Source: an uncultured delta proteobacterium (lineage in GTDB: Bacteria > Myxococcota > Myxococcia > Myxococcales > Anaeromyxobacteraceae). From it: DNA of 64,000 nucleotides. The DNA lies in NCBI GenBank assembly GCA_963845515.1, contig CAWJSR010000003.1, positions 1-64,000 on the forward strand, read 5' to 3'. This document shows positions 22,611 to 33,761 of the stretch, in pieces; the first letter of the stretch is position 1; each line of letters begins with the position of its first letter. A program made the translations under genes and the position numbers. The notes below the pieces were generated by a model that did not search any database, was not told the origin of the DNA, and saw only the letters and a list, made by a program, of their open reading frames with translations.

Positions 22611-25600
22611 CTAGGCCACGCCTGCCGGGGCCTTCTCGACGTTCACCAGGAACGCCTTGAACTCCGGGGTCTGGACGTTGGCGTCGCCGACGAAGGGGGT
22701 CAGGGTGTTGGTGAGGAAGCCGTGCCGCGCGAGGCCGTTGAAGCCCCAGTGGATCGGGATGCCGATGGTGTGCACCGTCTTCCCGTTGACGAGGAGCGGC
22801 CGGATGCGCTTCGTGACGACCGCCTTCGCGACGATCTTGCCGCGCTTCGAGCTGACCACGACGGAGTCGCCGTTCCGGATCCCCTTCTCCCCGGCCAGCA
22901 CCTCGTCCAGCTCGACGAACTGCTCGGGCTGGATCACGGCGAGCGCGAGGACGTGCTTGGACCAGAAGTGGAAGTGCTCGGTCAGCCGGTAGGTGGTGGC
23001 CGCGTACGGGAACTCCTCGGCCTTGCCGAGCATCGCCCGGTCGCGCGGGTAGATCCGCGCCGCCGGGTTGGCCGCGGTCTTCGGGTGGAGCGCGTTGGCG
23101 GTGGGTGACTCGAACGGCTCGTAGTGCTCGGGGAACGGCCCGTCGGTCATCTTGTCGGCTCCGAAGAGCCGACCCACGCCCTCCGGGTTCATGATGAAGG
23201 GGCTGACGCCCTCCTCCGGCGCCGCGTCCGGTCTCATGTCGGGGACGTCGTTGCCGGCCCACTTCGTGCCGGTCCACCAGACGACCTTGCGCGCCGGGTC
23301 CCACGGCTTGCCGGAGGCGTCGCAGGAGGCACGGTTGTAGAGGATCCGGCGGTTCGCCGGCCACGCGAAGCCCCAGCCAGGGTAGAGGCCGAGGCCGCTC
23401 GGGTCGGAGGTGTCCCGGCGGGCCATCATGTTCCCTGCCTGCGTGAACGAGCCGGAGAAGAGCCAGTTGCCGCACGAGGTCGTCCCGTCGTCTCGCAGCT
23501 GCGCGAACGTCCCGAGCTGCTCGCCCTCCCGGGCGAGGATCTTCGTGGCGTCCTTCGGGTCGGCGACGTCGGCGAGCGCCCGCCCGTTGAACTCGCGGGC
23601 GAGCTCCTCCGCCGAGGGCTTCGTCGGGATCTTGAAGTCCCACGTCAGGTTCAGGATCGGGTCGGGGAAGATCCCGCCCTCCCGGGCGTAGAGCGCCCGG
23701 ACCCGCGTGAAGATCTGCGCGAGGATCTCGGGATCCTCCTTCCCCTCTCCCGGGGGGTCGGCCGCCTTCCAGTGCCACACGAGCGTGCGCCCCGAGTTGA
23801 CGAGGGAGCCGTCCTCCTCGGCGAAGCACGACGATGGGAGGCGGATGACCTCGGTCTGGATCTGGGCCGGGTCGACCGGGTTCAGCGCCCCGTGGTTCTG
23901 CCAGAAGTCCGAGGTCTCCGTGGCGAGCGGATCGATCACCACCAGGAACTTGAGCTTCGAGAGCCCCTCGATCAGCTTCGCCTTGTGCGGGAACGACGCG
24001 AGCGGGTTGTACCCCTGGCAGACGTAGCCGTTGAGCTTGCCCTCGGTCATGAGCTGGAAGACCGCCAGGACGTCGTACAGCTTGTCGAGCTTGGGCAGCC
24101 ACCCGTACGCCCAGTCGTTCTCCCGCGTCGCGGCCTTCCCGTACCAGGCCTTCATGAGCGAGACGAAGAACTTAGGGTAGTTCTGCCAGTAGCTCATCTG
24201 CCCGGGGCGCAGCGGCCTCAGCGTCCGCTTCTCGACGTAGCCCTGGTAATCCTGCTCCGCGTCGCGCGCCAGCGTCATGTAGCCGGGGAGCGCGTCGGAG
24301 AGCAGGCCGAGGTCGGTGAGCCCCTGGATGTTCGAGTGGCCGCGCAGCGCGTTCACCCCGCCGCCCGCCATCCCCATGTTGCCGAGGAGGAGCTGGATCA
24401 TGGCCATGCAGCGGATGTTCTGCGAGCCGACGGTGTGCTGCGTCCAGCCGAGCGCGTAGAGGTGCGTCATCGTGCGGTCCGGCGCGGCCGTCGACGCGAT
24501 CAGCTCGCAGATCTGCTGGAACGACTCCTCGGGGACGCCAGTCACCTGCGCGACCATGGCCGGCGTGTAGCGCGCGTAGTGGCTCTTCAGGAGCTGGTAC
24601 ACGCAGCGCGGGTGCTGGAGCGTCGGGTCCACCTTCGCGAAGCCGTCCGTCCCGAGCTCGTAGCTCCACGTCGAGCGGTCGTACGTCCGCTTCGGCTCGT
24701 CGTAGCCGGTGAAGAGGCCGTCGTCGAAGCCGTACCCCTCGCTCACGATGAACGCGGCGTTCGTGTACGCGAGCACGTAGTCCCTGTGGATCGCCTCCTT
24801 CTCGAGCAGGTGCCGGAGCACGCCGCCGAGGAAGGCGATGTCGGTCCCCGGGCGGAGCTGGGCGAAGACGTCCGCGACGGCGGCGGTCCGCGTGAAGCGC
24901 GGGTCCACGACGATCAGCTTGGCCTTGCGGTGGGCCTTCGCCTCGACCACCCACTTGAAGCCGCACGGGTGAGCCTCGGCCGGGTTGCCTCCCATCACCA
25001 TGACGACGTCGGCGTTCTTGATGTCGACCCAGTGGTTCGTCATCGCGCCGCGCCCGAAGGAGGTCGCCAGACCGGCGACCGTCGGGGCGTGTCAGACCCG
25101 TGCCTGGTTGTCGATCGCCACGCCCCCCATCGCGCGGATCACCTTGCCGAAGAGGTAGCCGGTCTCGTTGGAGGAGCACGCTGAGGCGAGCATCGCGGTC
25201 GTGGTCCAGCGGTTGACCGTCTGGCCGGCCCCGTTCTTCGCGATGAAGTTGCCGTCGCGGTCGGTCTTGAGGTGGCGCGCGATGCGGTCGAGCGCCCAGT
25301 CCCATGTGACCCGCTCCCACCTGTCGGACCCAGGGGCGCGGTACTCCGGGAAGCGGAGCCGGTTCGGGCTGTGGACGAAGTCGAGGAGTGCGGCCCCCTT
25401 CGGGCAGAGGGTGCCGCGGTTCACCGGGTGATCCGGATCGCCCTCGACGTGGACGATCTCGGCCTTCACGTTCTTCGAGCGATCCCCGAGGGCGTAAAGG
25501 ATGACGCCGCAGCCGACCGAGCAGTACGGGCACGTGTTGCGGGTCTCGCTGGTGCGCTCGAGCTTGAACGCCCGGGCGTCGGCGAGCACGCGCGTCGGCG

Positions 25601-25679
25601 AGAAGCCGAGCGCCGTGAGGCTCGTGGCGCCGATGCCCGACGCCGTCACCTTCAGGAACTGCCGTCGCGTGAAGGCCAT
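22611..25679 (-). CDS. fdnG: Selenocysteine-containing formate dehydrogenase-N alpha subunit (UGA at 25094-25092)
   Basis: Tat signal TRRQFLK; CPYCSVGCG; DNQARV-TGA-HAPTVAGLA matches the FdnG Sec site; both track ORFs share one frame. Confidence 0.95.
25062..25080 (-). promoter_or_regulatory. Bacterial SECIS hairpin of fdnG
   Basis: GGTCGCC-GGTCT-GGCGACC, 7-bp perfect stem starting 11 nt after the in-frame UGA. Confidence 0.85.
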
Positions 25680-25801
25680 TGGGTGCCCCTCCGGTGATCG
25701 CCATCACGCTAAGTCGCTGCAGCTGCGGCGAAAAGTCCCCTTGCGGAAGACCTCTTGGGGAACGCTCCGAGGGGGATGACGTTTGGGGCGTCCGGAGGGG
25801 C

Positions 25802-27433
25802 CTAGGGCTGCTCCATGTGCGGGTACTCGACCCGCGTGGGTGGCGCGAAGTTCTCCTTGATGGTGCGCATCGAGGTCCAGCGGAGGAGGTTGGCCGCCGA
25901 GCCGGCCTTGTCGTTGGTGCCGGACGCCCGGCCGCCACCGAACGGCTGCTGCCCGACGACGGCCCCCGTCGGCTTGTCGTTCACGTAGAAGTTGCCGGCG
26001 GCGTCGGCGAGCCGGCGCGTGATCGCGGCGATGGCGGCCCGGTCCTGCGCGAAGACGGCGCCGGTCAGCCCGTACGGCGAGGTCGTGTCGCAGAGGTCGA
26101 GCGCCTCGTCGAGCTTCGCGTCCGGGTACACGAAGAGCGTCAGGACCGGCCCGAAGATCTCCTCCCGCATCAGCCTGTGGCGAGGGTCGGTGGTCTCCAC
26201 GATGGTCGGAGCGACGAACCAGCCGGCCGAGTCGTCGCAGGCGCCGCCGGTGACGATCCTGCAGTCGGGGGAGGAGCGGGCCAGCGCTACGTAGCCCTCG
26301 ACCCGCTCGAACGCAGCGCGGTCGATGAGCGCGCCGACGAAGACGGAGAAGTCCTCGACGGGGCCCATCTTCAGCGGCTCCGTCAGCGCGACGAGCCGCT
26401 CGCGCAGCGCAGGCCAGAGGCTCGCCGGGACGTAGCCGCGCGAGGCTGCGGAGCACTTCTGCCCCTGGTACTCGAAGGCGCCCCGGACGAGCGCGACGGC
26501 CGTCGCCTCGAGGTCGGCCGAAGCATGGACGAAGACGAAGTCCTTGCCGCCGGTCTCGCCTACGATCCTCGGGTAGCTGCGGTAGCGCGGTAGCCTCTCC
26601 GCCATCGAGCGCCAGAGCCCCTGGAACGTGGCCGTGGAGCCGGTGAAGTGGAGGCCGGCGAAGTCCGGGCTCGCGAGGGCGGCCTCGCCCACGGCCGGTC
26701 CTGGACCGGGGACGAAGTTGATCACGCCGGGTGGCAGCCCCGCGGCCTCGAGCAACTCCATCAGCCTCCACGCGGAGAGGACGGCCGTCGACGCCGGCTT
26801 CCAGACGATCGTGTTCCCCATGATCGCTGGGGCCGTCGGCAGGTTCGCTGCGATCGAGGTGAAGTTGAAGGGCGTCACCGCCAGGACGAACCCCTCGAGC
26901 GGCCGGTGCTCGACCCGGTTCCACTGGCCCGCAGGCGAGGCGGGCTGGTCGGCCAGGATCCGCTCCAGGAAATGGACGTTGAAGCGCCAGAAGTCGATCG
27001 TCTCGCAGGCGGCGTCGATCTCGGCCTGGAAGGGCGTCTTCGACTGCCCCATCATCGTGGCGGCGTTGAGCTGCTGTCGCCGGGGGCCCGCGAGCAGCTC
27101 GGCCGCCCTGAGGAAGATCGCGGCCCGGTCGCCCGGGTCCATGGCCGCCCAATCGCGGCGAGCTGCGAGGGCCGCGGCGATCGCCGCCTCGACCTCCCGT
27201 GGCCCTGCCTGGTGAAAGCGTGCGAGCCGCTGCGAGTGACGATGCGGCGCCCGCACCTCGCCGAAGCGGCCGGTCCTCACGTCCCGGCCGGCGATGCGGA
27301 GCGGGATCTCGACGTCGGCGCCGGCCACCTCCCCGAGCGCGCGCTTGAGCGCCGCCCGCTCGCCGGTGCCCGGCGCGTAGGCGAGTGGTGGCTCGTTCCG
27401 GGGAGGGGGGACGTGGAGCGACCCGATGGACAT
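25802..27433 (-). CDS. pruA: Delta-1-pyrroline-5-carboxylate dehydrogenase
   Basis: AEIDAACETIDFWRFN, PFNFTSIAANL, HFTGST, GETGGKDF, EYQGQKCSA, PFGGGRASGTNDKAG. Confidence 0.93.
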   Translation of the reverse strand: MSIGSLHVPPPRNEPPLAYAPGTGERAALKRALGEVAGADVEIPLRIAGRDVRTGRFGEVRAPHRHSQRLARFHQAGPREVEAAIAAALAARRDWAAMDPGDRAAIFLRAAELLAGPRRQQLNAATMMGQSKTPFQAEIDAACETIDFWRFNVHFLERILADQPASPAGQWNRVEHRPLEGFVLAVTPFNFTSIAANLPTAPAIMGNTIVWKPASTAVLSAWRLMELLEAAGLPPGVINFVPGPGPAVGEAALASPDFAGLHFTGSTATFQGLWRSMAERLPRYRSYPRIVGETGGKDFVFVHASADLEATAVALVRGAFEYQGQKCSAASRGYVPASLWPALRERLVALTEPLKMGPVEDFSVFVGALIDRAAFERVEGYVALARSSPDCRIVTGGACDDSAGWFVAPTIVETTDPRHRLMREEIFGPVLTLFVYPDAKLDEALDLCDTTSPYGLTGAVFAQDRAAIAAITRRLADAAGNFYVNDKPTGAVVGQQPFGGGRASGTNDKAGSAANLLRWTSMRTIKENFAPPTRVEYPHMEQP

Positions 27434-27542
27434 CGCGCCTCCTTGAGCAGGGAGATCGTAACGCTCGCTTGCAGGGGCTGCCCGGGTGCGGCACCACGGC
27501 ACCCGCTTGAGACCCACCCCGCCCCGCCATTAAGGTCTGGCC

Positions 27543-27989
27543 GTGACCACGTTCGAAATCCTCGACAGGGCGGAGAAGCTGGAGCTCCTCTGTTCGGAGC
27601 TCTACGCCGCCTTCGCCCGCCGGTTCGGCGACGACGCGGTTGCCGCGAAGCTCTTCACCCGGCTCAGGGACGAGGAGCAGCAGCACGCGACCCGGGTCCG
27701 GATGCTGGCGGCGCAGTCCCGGCGCGACTCGAAGCTCCTGGGGAGGATCAGCGTGGACGCCCGCGCGATGGACGAGGTCGTCGCGGACATGACGACGATC
27801 CTGGCCAACGTGAGCGCGGGGCGGTGGGAGGCGGACCTCCAGCAGACGAAGCGGCTGCTGCTCGACCTCGAGGATCGCTGCTCACGGGCTCATGCCCAGG
27901 CGTTCCTCGGACTGAACGATTCGCTCCGGAAGTTCTTCGAGCTGCTGGCCCTGCAGGACAAGGCGCACGAGGAGCTGCTCAGGGAGTAG
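27543..27989 (+). CDS. Ferritin-like/rubrerythrin-family protein
   Basis: E..LY..F..LF..L.DEEQQH and second D..H helix pair. Confidence 0.7.
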   Translation: MTTFEILDRAEKLELLCSELYAAFARRFGDDAVAAKLFTRLRDEEQQHATRVRMLAAQSRRDSKLLGRISVDARAMDEVVADMTTILANVSAGRWEADLQQTKRLLLDLEDRCSRAHAQAFLGLNDSLRKFFELLALQDKAHEELLRE

Positions 27990-29443
27990 TCGGTGCCTCC
28001 TCCGCGCCCTCGTCCGGCGCGGGCGCGACCTCGAGGCGTGGGAAGAGGAGGCTCACCGCGAACGCCGCCGGCCGCGATGGTCGCCACCGCCCAGAAGACG
28101 ATGCCCATCGCGCCCTGCAGCGCCGAGGAGAGCCCGGCGACGAGCGAAGGCGCGAGGAGCGAGCGCTCAGGGCCGAGCAGCTTCTCCGCCACCTCGGGGC
28201 TCGCGCCCGACCCCGCGAGCGCGCGCGCGAGGACCCCGCCGAGGATGCCAACGGCGAGCGTCCCGCCGATGGTCCGGAAGAACATGGTGCTGGAGGTGGC
28301 GACCCCCCGTCGGTTCCAGGGGACGCTCGTCTGGACCGCGATGATGAGCGGCGTGTTCGCGAGCCCCAGCCCGAGGCCGTACGCGAAGGTCAGCCCCTGC
28401 ACGACGACGAGCCGCACGCCCGGCCGCAGGAAGAGCGCGAGCCCGATCGCCGCCAGCGCGACGAGCCCGAGCCCGCCGCGGACGAGCCGGCGGTAGCCGA
28501 GCGTCGGGAGGAGGCGCCCGGAGAGGGCGCTCGCGAGCGGCCAGCCGATGGCCATGAGGGCGATGGAGGCGCCGGCCTGCGTCGGCGTGGCGCCGAGGAC
28601 GCTCTGGACCCATAGCGGGACGAAGGTGACCATCGAGATCATCGCCGCGCCGACGAGCGCGCCGCTCGCCGAGGCCACCGCGATGACCCGCTGCGCGAAG
28701 AGGTCCAGGGGGAAGAGCGGCTCCTTGACGCGCCGCTCCACCGCCACGAACGCCGCGAGCGCGAGCGCAGCCGCCGGGAGCGCGAGCGACGCGGCGCGCC
28801 CGGAGCGGGCCCCCAGCAGCGCGAGGAGCACGGTCGCGGTGAGGAGCGCCGCGCCCCCGAGGTCGAGCTTGTGGGAGTGGCGCTCGACGCGCTCGTGGTA
28901 GGCCCACAGGAGGATGGCCGCCGCGCCGACGCCGAAGGGCAGGTTCACGTAGAAGACCCACCTCCAGCCGAGCGAGTGGACGATGGCGCCGCCGAGGAGC
29001 GGCCCCGCGAGCCCAGCGAGTCCCCAGACGGCGCCGAAGATGCCCTGCATGCGGGCGCGCTGCCGGACGTCGAAGAGGTCGCCGACGATGGTGAGGCCGA
29101 TGGGCTGGACGGCGCCTGCGCCGAGCCCTTGCACCGCGCGGAAGGCGATCAGCTCCGCCATGGAGTCCGCGTGGCCGCAGGCGAAGGAGCCGGCGAGGAA
29201 GAGGGCGATGCCGGCGAGCATCACGGGCTTGCGCCCGCGCAGGTCGGCGAGCTTGCCGTAGATCGGCACCGTCACCGTCGAGGCGAGCATGTAGGCGGCG
29301 AAGGCCCAGGCGTACAGGTGCAGGCCGCCGAGATCGCCGACGACGGTCGGCATCGCCGTGGAGACGACCGTCATCTCCATCGCCGCGAGGAAGATGGACA
29401 GCAGGATGGCGACGACGGTCCAGGATCGGTGGGTGACGGGCAT
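27979..29443 (-). CDS. DHA2-type MFS multidrug transporter; frameshift near 28070, true C-terminus in frame 27979..28251
   Basis: MEMTVVSTAMP, GKLADLRGRK, RAVQGLGAG, GWRWVFYVNLP, FFRTIGG. Confidence 0.88.
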
Positions 29444-29578
29444 GCGGGCTCCGCTTATCCACCTCGCGGCGTGCCAGCGTCAACGCGGGACCGGCGCGCC
29501 TGCGCCGAGGAAAGGGCTGGTTCAGATCGCGCACCCGCAACGGAGCGAGACGATCTGGCTCAAGGCCGAGGTCCACTC

Positions 29579-29608
29579 TTGACGTATGTCGCACCCGACA
29601 TATACAAG
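29579..29608 (+). promoter_or_regulatory. Sigma70-like promoter with palindromic operator upstream of the TA pair
   Basis: TTGACG (29579-84), then perfect inverted repeat TATGTCG-cacc-CGACATA (29585-29602) overlapping a TATACA/TACAAG -10-like element. Confidence 0.7.
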
Positions 29609-29613
29609 GAGTC

Positions 29614-29868
29614 GTGGCCAAGAGGCTTCTGCCGGCGAAGTTCTGGAGATCGCGCCCTGCCGACAAGCCCCTTGCGTGGCTCGCCGGGGAGCTGAAGACG
29701 CCGCCCATGTCGAGCGAGGCACGCGTGGAGGGCGGCGTCCTGCTGCGGCGCCTGCAGCGGGGCGAGGCGCTGTCGATGCCCGAGTCGAGGCCGATGCCGG
29801 CCATCGGCCCGCGCTGTCACGAGTTGCGGATCGACGACGTCGTTCAGAAGAAGGTGGACGAGTCATGA
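29614..29868 (+). pseudogene. Truncated RelE/ParE (HigB/Gp49-like) toxin
   Basis: DKPLAWLAGELKTPPMS..LLRRLQRGE..SRPMPAIGPRCHELRI, ends soon after; the expected WRIIY-type segment is absent. Confidence 0.7.
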
Positions 29869-30242
29869 AGAAGGCACAGAAGGCGAAGTTCGAGAGGGCA
29901 GGGTGGAAGGTAGGGTCCGCATCGGACCTGCTCGGGCTCAACGACGCCGAAGCCGCTCTCGTCGAGGCTAAACTCAGCCTCGGGGATGCGGTCCGGACGG
30001 TGCGTCGGCGGCGACGCCTGACGCAGGCTGGCCTGGCGAAGCTCATGGGCTCCAGTCAGTCTCGCGTGGCGAAGGTCGAGAACCGAGACCCGGAGGTGTC
30101 CCTTGACCTGCAGCTGAAGGCCATCTTTGCGGCAGAGCCGACGGCCCTCGGGGACTTCAAGGAGCTGATCGACAGGTGGAGCGGCGCTCTGAAGGCCGCG
30201 AAGCCGGCCGTGGCGCACCCCGCGGCTCGCTCGCGGGGATAG
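29865..30242 (+). CDS. XRE-family HTH antitoxin
   Basis: AGWKVGS..LGL..LTQAGLAKLMGSSQSRVAKVE..VSLDL; ATGA overlap with toxin. Confidence 0.85.
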   Translation: MKKAQKAKFERAGWKVGSASDLLGLNDAEAALVEAKLSLGDAVRTVRRRRRLTQAGLAKLMGSSQSRVAKVENRDPEVSLDLQLKAIFAAEPTALGDFKELIDRWSGALKAAKPAVAHPAARSRG

Positions 30243-30305
30243 TCGCTGTCCATTCCTGGTGGGGTTCGACCTCGTCGCCGCGTCTTGGGCGGTAGAGTGT
30301 TCACC

Positions 30306-31034
30306 ATGTGTCCTCTCATCGCCCTGCTCCTCCTGCTCGCCGCTCCACCGACTGACGGTAAAGACGGTCTCCCCGACGCGGACGCCCTGGGCCGAGCGGT
30401 ATTCGCGAAGTACGACGCCGCGTCGACGTTGACCGGCGAACGCTGGAAAGCGTGTGGGTTCGTGGGGGACGGACTCGCGCGACTCGTGCAGGTGAAGGCT
30501 TGGAAGGGGCAGGGGCGCGACCAGCTCGTGGCGGCCTTCGAGCGCTGGGTCCTCGACCCGGAGACGAAGGAGCCGCTGGAGTTTGCGCAGGCCTGCGGCC
30601 GGAGCGCTTGCGAGGTGGCCCTGCTCGAGCGCTCGAACGGAGCCTTGAGGCGTGTCGCGCGCGGCCGCGTGGAGGCTGGCTGCACCCAGCTCGATCTCGC
30701 CCCCTTCCGAATGACCCCGAGCGAGGTGCTCATCGGCGTTCGTGGCTATTGGATGAACCACGGCTTCGGAGACACGACGCTGACGCTGCTCCGCGTCGAG
30801 GGGAGCGCGCTCCGTCCCGTCCTGGCCGTCCCGGTCGACGTGTCGACGCCGGACCGCGAGGAGACCGGGGTCGTGAGCATGGTGACGCGTTCCGACGGGC
30901 CCGCGGACATCCGGATCCGCTATGCCGTGGAGGGCGTACCCGACGAGGACGGGATCGTGAAGCCGCGCCCGCCGCGGACCGAGCTCTACCGGTGGACGGG
31001 ATCGACGTACGCGCCCGCAAGCGGCGCGCGCTGA
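30306..31034 (+). CDS. Hypothetical secreted protein
   Basis: Hydrophobic signal peptide; codon usage like neighbours; family not recognised. Confidence 0.6.
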   Translation: MCPLIALLLLLAAPPTDGKDGLPDADALGRAVFAKYDAASTLTGERWKACGFVGDGLARLVQVKAWKGQGRDQLVAAFERWVLDPETKEPLEFAQACGRSACEVALLERSNGALRRVARGRVEAGCTQLDLAPFRMTPSEVLIGVRGYWMNHGFGDTTLTLLRVEGSALRPVLAVPVDVSTPDREETGVVSMVTRSDGPADIRIRYAVEGVPDEDGIVKPRPPRTELYRWTGSTYAPASGAR

Positions 31035-31148
31035 GTGCCGTCGCGGGACTTACCGCCGCCGCTTATGAACCTCCCTGACGTGACCTGCTCGGGGTTCCGC
31101 GCGGGCGGCCAGGCGCGCCCCGCGCCTCCGTGAAAGGAAGGAAGCGAC

Positions 31149-31637
31149 ATGAGCGGCCGGGAGAAGACGAAGGGCACCAGGAAGTCCGCCAGGAGCACCG
31201 CCGGCAAGGGGTCCGCGGGCTTCACTGACGAGGAACGAGCCGCGATGAGGGAGCGCGCCCAGGAGCTGAAGGCGGCCGCGCTCCGCGGCCCGCGCGCAGG
31301 CAAGGCGGACGGGGAGAGCGACGTCCTCGCGAAGATCGCCGAGATGGCCGAGCCGGATCGCATCATGGCCGAGCGGCTCCACGCGATCATCAAGGCCTCC
31401 GCGCCGGCCCTCTCGCCGAAGACCTGGTACGGGATGCCCGCCTACGCCAGGGACGGCGAGGTGGTCTGCTTCTTCCAGAGCGCGCAGAAGTTCAAGGCGA
31501 GGTACGCGACGTTCGGCTTCAGCGACAAGGCGAACCTCGACGAAGGCCAGATGTGGCCGACCGGCTTCGCGGTGAAGGAGCTGACTCCCGCGGAGGAGGC
31601 AAGGATCGCCGCGCTCGTCAAGAAGGCGGCGAGCTGA
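31149..31637 (+). CDS. DUF1801/YdhG-like protein
   Basis: [39 protein letters not shown]. Confidence 0.85.
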   Translation: MSGREKTKGTRKSARSTAGKGSAGFTDEERAAMRERAQELKAAALRGPRAGKADGESDVLAKIAEMAEPDRIMAERLHAIIKASAPALSPKTWYGMPAYARDGEVVCFFQSAQKFKARYATFGFSDKANLDEGQMWPTGFAVKELTPAEEARIAALVKKAAS

Positions 31638-31715
31638 GACCTCACGCAGATGCTCGCGGTCGAGCCCCTCGTGCGTCGGCTATCATGGCGATACACCCGG
31701 AGGCGAGGGCCACGC

Positions 31716-32360
31716 ATGACACCAGTCGACCGCTCTCGTTCCGACAACATCGCCGCCGAGCCGGCGGTCTGCCCCGCCTGCGGGCTGAAGCACCTGCGGC
31801 AGCCCGACTGGCTCTGCCCCCGCTGCGGGATGCCGGTCGAGACCGAGACGTGGCGCTCCACCATGCGCGCGCCTGCGGCCGAGCCGGAGCGCGCGCTGGA
31901 GTTTCCTCTCGGGAGCTTCGTCGCCGGGCTGGTCCTGGCCCTGACGAGCGTGGTCCTCGCGATCGGCTTCGCGCGGGCTCCGGCGACCGCGCACCTCTGG
32001 GCGCTCGTCGCGGCGATGGTGCTCCTCGCGGTGCTTGGGCTGGAGCTGCTGCTCAAGGTCTCGCCGGCGCGCTGGGTCGTGATCGCGATCGCGCTGATCG
32101 CGCTGATCCTGGTGTCGGAGGACCTGCTCCGCGCGCGCGTGCCAGATCTGATGGCGGATCCGCTGCCGCCCGCGCTCCGCGCCGCGCTGCATGGCGCGAT
32201 CGGCGCCCTTCAGCCTCTGAGGATCCTCCTCGCCCCGGGGCTGCTCGTGGGGATCCTCCTGCTGGTCGCCGGCCGGCCCGGGCGCTGGCGGATCGCGGCC
32301 GGAGTCCTCATCGCCACGCCGCTCGCCGTCGCGGAGATCGTGCGCTGGCTCGTGCCGTGA
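31716..32360 (+). CDS. Membrane protein with N-terminal zinc ribbon
   Basis: CPACG..CPRCG followed by several hydrophobic helices. Confidence 0.6.
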   Translation: MTPVDRSRSDNIAAEPAVCPACGLKHLRQPDWLCPRCGMPVETETWRSTMRAPAAEPERALEFPLGSFVAGLVLALTSVVLAIGFARAPATAHLWALVAAMVLLAVLGLELLLKVSPARWVVIAIALIALILVSEDLLRARVPDLMADPLPPALRAALHGAIGALQPLRILLAPGLLVGILLLVAGRPGRWRIAAGVLIATPLAVAEIVRWLVP

Positions 32361-32378
32361 GGGACGGGGGCACCCGCC

Positions 32379-33761
32379 TCAAGGACCAGTGGAAGGGCTC
32401 CCGCCCGAGCTCCCGTCGTCCTCCCCCCGCACCAGCCCCCACTTTCGCAGCTTGTCGTGGAGCGTGACGCGGGAGATGCCCAGCCGGCGCGCTGCCTCGG
32501 AGCGGTTCCCCCGCGCGGCGCGCAGCGCCTCGACCACCAGGCCGCGCTCGTAGGCCTCGACGCGCTCGCGCAGCCCGAGCGATGGACCCTGCTCCGCGCC
32601 GCTCCCCGCAGCGGTCGGGAGCAGCGCCGGGTCCAGCCCCTCGGGCGGCGAGAGCGCGACCCAGCGCTCCATCGCGTTCTCCAGCTCGCGGACGTTGCCG
32701 CGCCACGGGAGGGCGCGGAGCCGGTCGAGGACTGCGTCGGGGACCCGGAACGGGCCGACGCCGAACCGTTCGCAGAAGAGCTGCACGAAGTGGCGCGCGA
32801 GCGGCGGAACGTCCTCCGGCCGCTCCCGCAGCGGAGGGACCCTGAGGTGGACGACGTGGAGCCGGTAGTAGAGGTCCTCGCGGAACCGCCCCGCGCGGAC
32901 CTCCTGCTCCAGGTCGCGGTGCGTGGCGGCGATCACCCGCACGTCCACCTTGCGCGGTCGCTCCTCGCCGACCGGCCGGATCTCCCCTTCCTGCAGCACG
33001 CGCAGGAGCTTCGGCTGCAGCTCCAGCGGGAGGTCCCCCACCTCGTCGAGCAGCACGGTCCCACCGTCGGCCTCGCCGAAGAGCCCCGGGCGCGCCCTGA
33101 CCGCGCCGGTGAAGGCGCCGCGCGCGTGGCCGAAGAGCTCCGCCTCGGCCAGCTCAGCGGTGAGCGCCGCGCAGTTGAACCGGACGAAGGGCCGCGTCGC
33201 GCGCCGTGAGGCCCGCACGATGGCGTCGGCGATCCGCTCCTTGCCGGTGCCGCTCTCGCCGCTGACGAGCACCGTGACGTCGCGCGGCGCGATCCTCGCG
33301 ACCAGCGCCGCGAGCCTCCGCATCGGCGCCGAGGTGAAGACCATGCCGCCGGCGAGCGCCAGCTCCCCGGCGAGCTGCTCGTTCTCCTGCGAGAGGCGCG
33401 CCGCCTCGACGGCCCGGCGGACCACGGCGAGGAGCTCCTCCGGCTCGAAGGGCTTGCGGAAGTAGTCGAAGGCCCCGGCCTTCATCGCCTCCACGGCCTG
33501 CCGCTCCGAGCCATGCGCCGTCACGAGGACCACGCGCGGCGCCGGCGCGCGGGCGGTGATCGCCTTGAGCAGCGCCATCCCGTCGAGCCGCGGCATCCTC
33601 AGGTCGGTCACGACCAGCGCGTGCCCGCCGGCCTCCAGGCGCCGCAGCGCCTCCTCGCCGTCGGGCGCCTCGTCCACCTCCAGCCCCTCCGACTCGAGGA
33701 TCTCGCGGAGCGTGTAGCGGACGCCTGGATCGTCGTCGACGACGAGGACGCGGACGGTCAC
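32379..33761 (-). CDS. Sigma54-dependent response regulator (NtrC family)
   Basis: Receiver domain, GESGTGKE, GAFTGA, FREDLYYRL, WRGNVREL, Fis-type HTH. Confidence 0.95.
   Translation of the reverse strand: MTVRVLVVDDDPGVRYTLREILESEGLEVDEAPDGEEALRRLEAGGHALVVTDLRMPRLDGMALLKAITARAPAPRVVLVTAHGSERQAVEAMKAGAFDYFRKPFEPEELLAVVRRAVEAARLSQENEQLAGELALAGGMVFTSAPMRRLAALVARIAPRDVTVLVSGESGTGKERIADAIVRASRRATRPFVRFNCAALTAELAEAELFGHARGAFTGAVRARPGLFGEADGGTVLLDEVGDLPLELQPKLLRVLQEGEIRPVGEERPRKVDVRVIAATHRDLEQEVRAGRFREDLYYRLHVVHLRVPPLRERPEDVPPLARHFVQLFCERFGVGPFRVPDAVLDRLRALPWRGNVRELENAMERWVALSPPEGLDPALLPTAAGSGAEQGPSLGLRERVEAYERGLVVEALRAARGNRSEAARRLGISRVTLHDKLRKWGLVRGEDDGSSGGSPSTGP

Noticed and set aside
23124..25184. 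Long antisense and alternate-frame ORFs (also 33830..36400, 44457..46865, 11609..13657 and others)
   Set aside because: Shadow ORFs expected at high GC; Arg/Gly/Pro-rich, without motifs, overlapping well-supported genes
22611..25679. fdnG as a split gene or pseudogene
   Set aside because: The stop is the conserved Sec UGA with a SECIS hairpin
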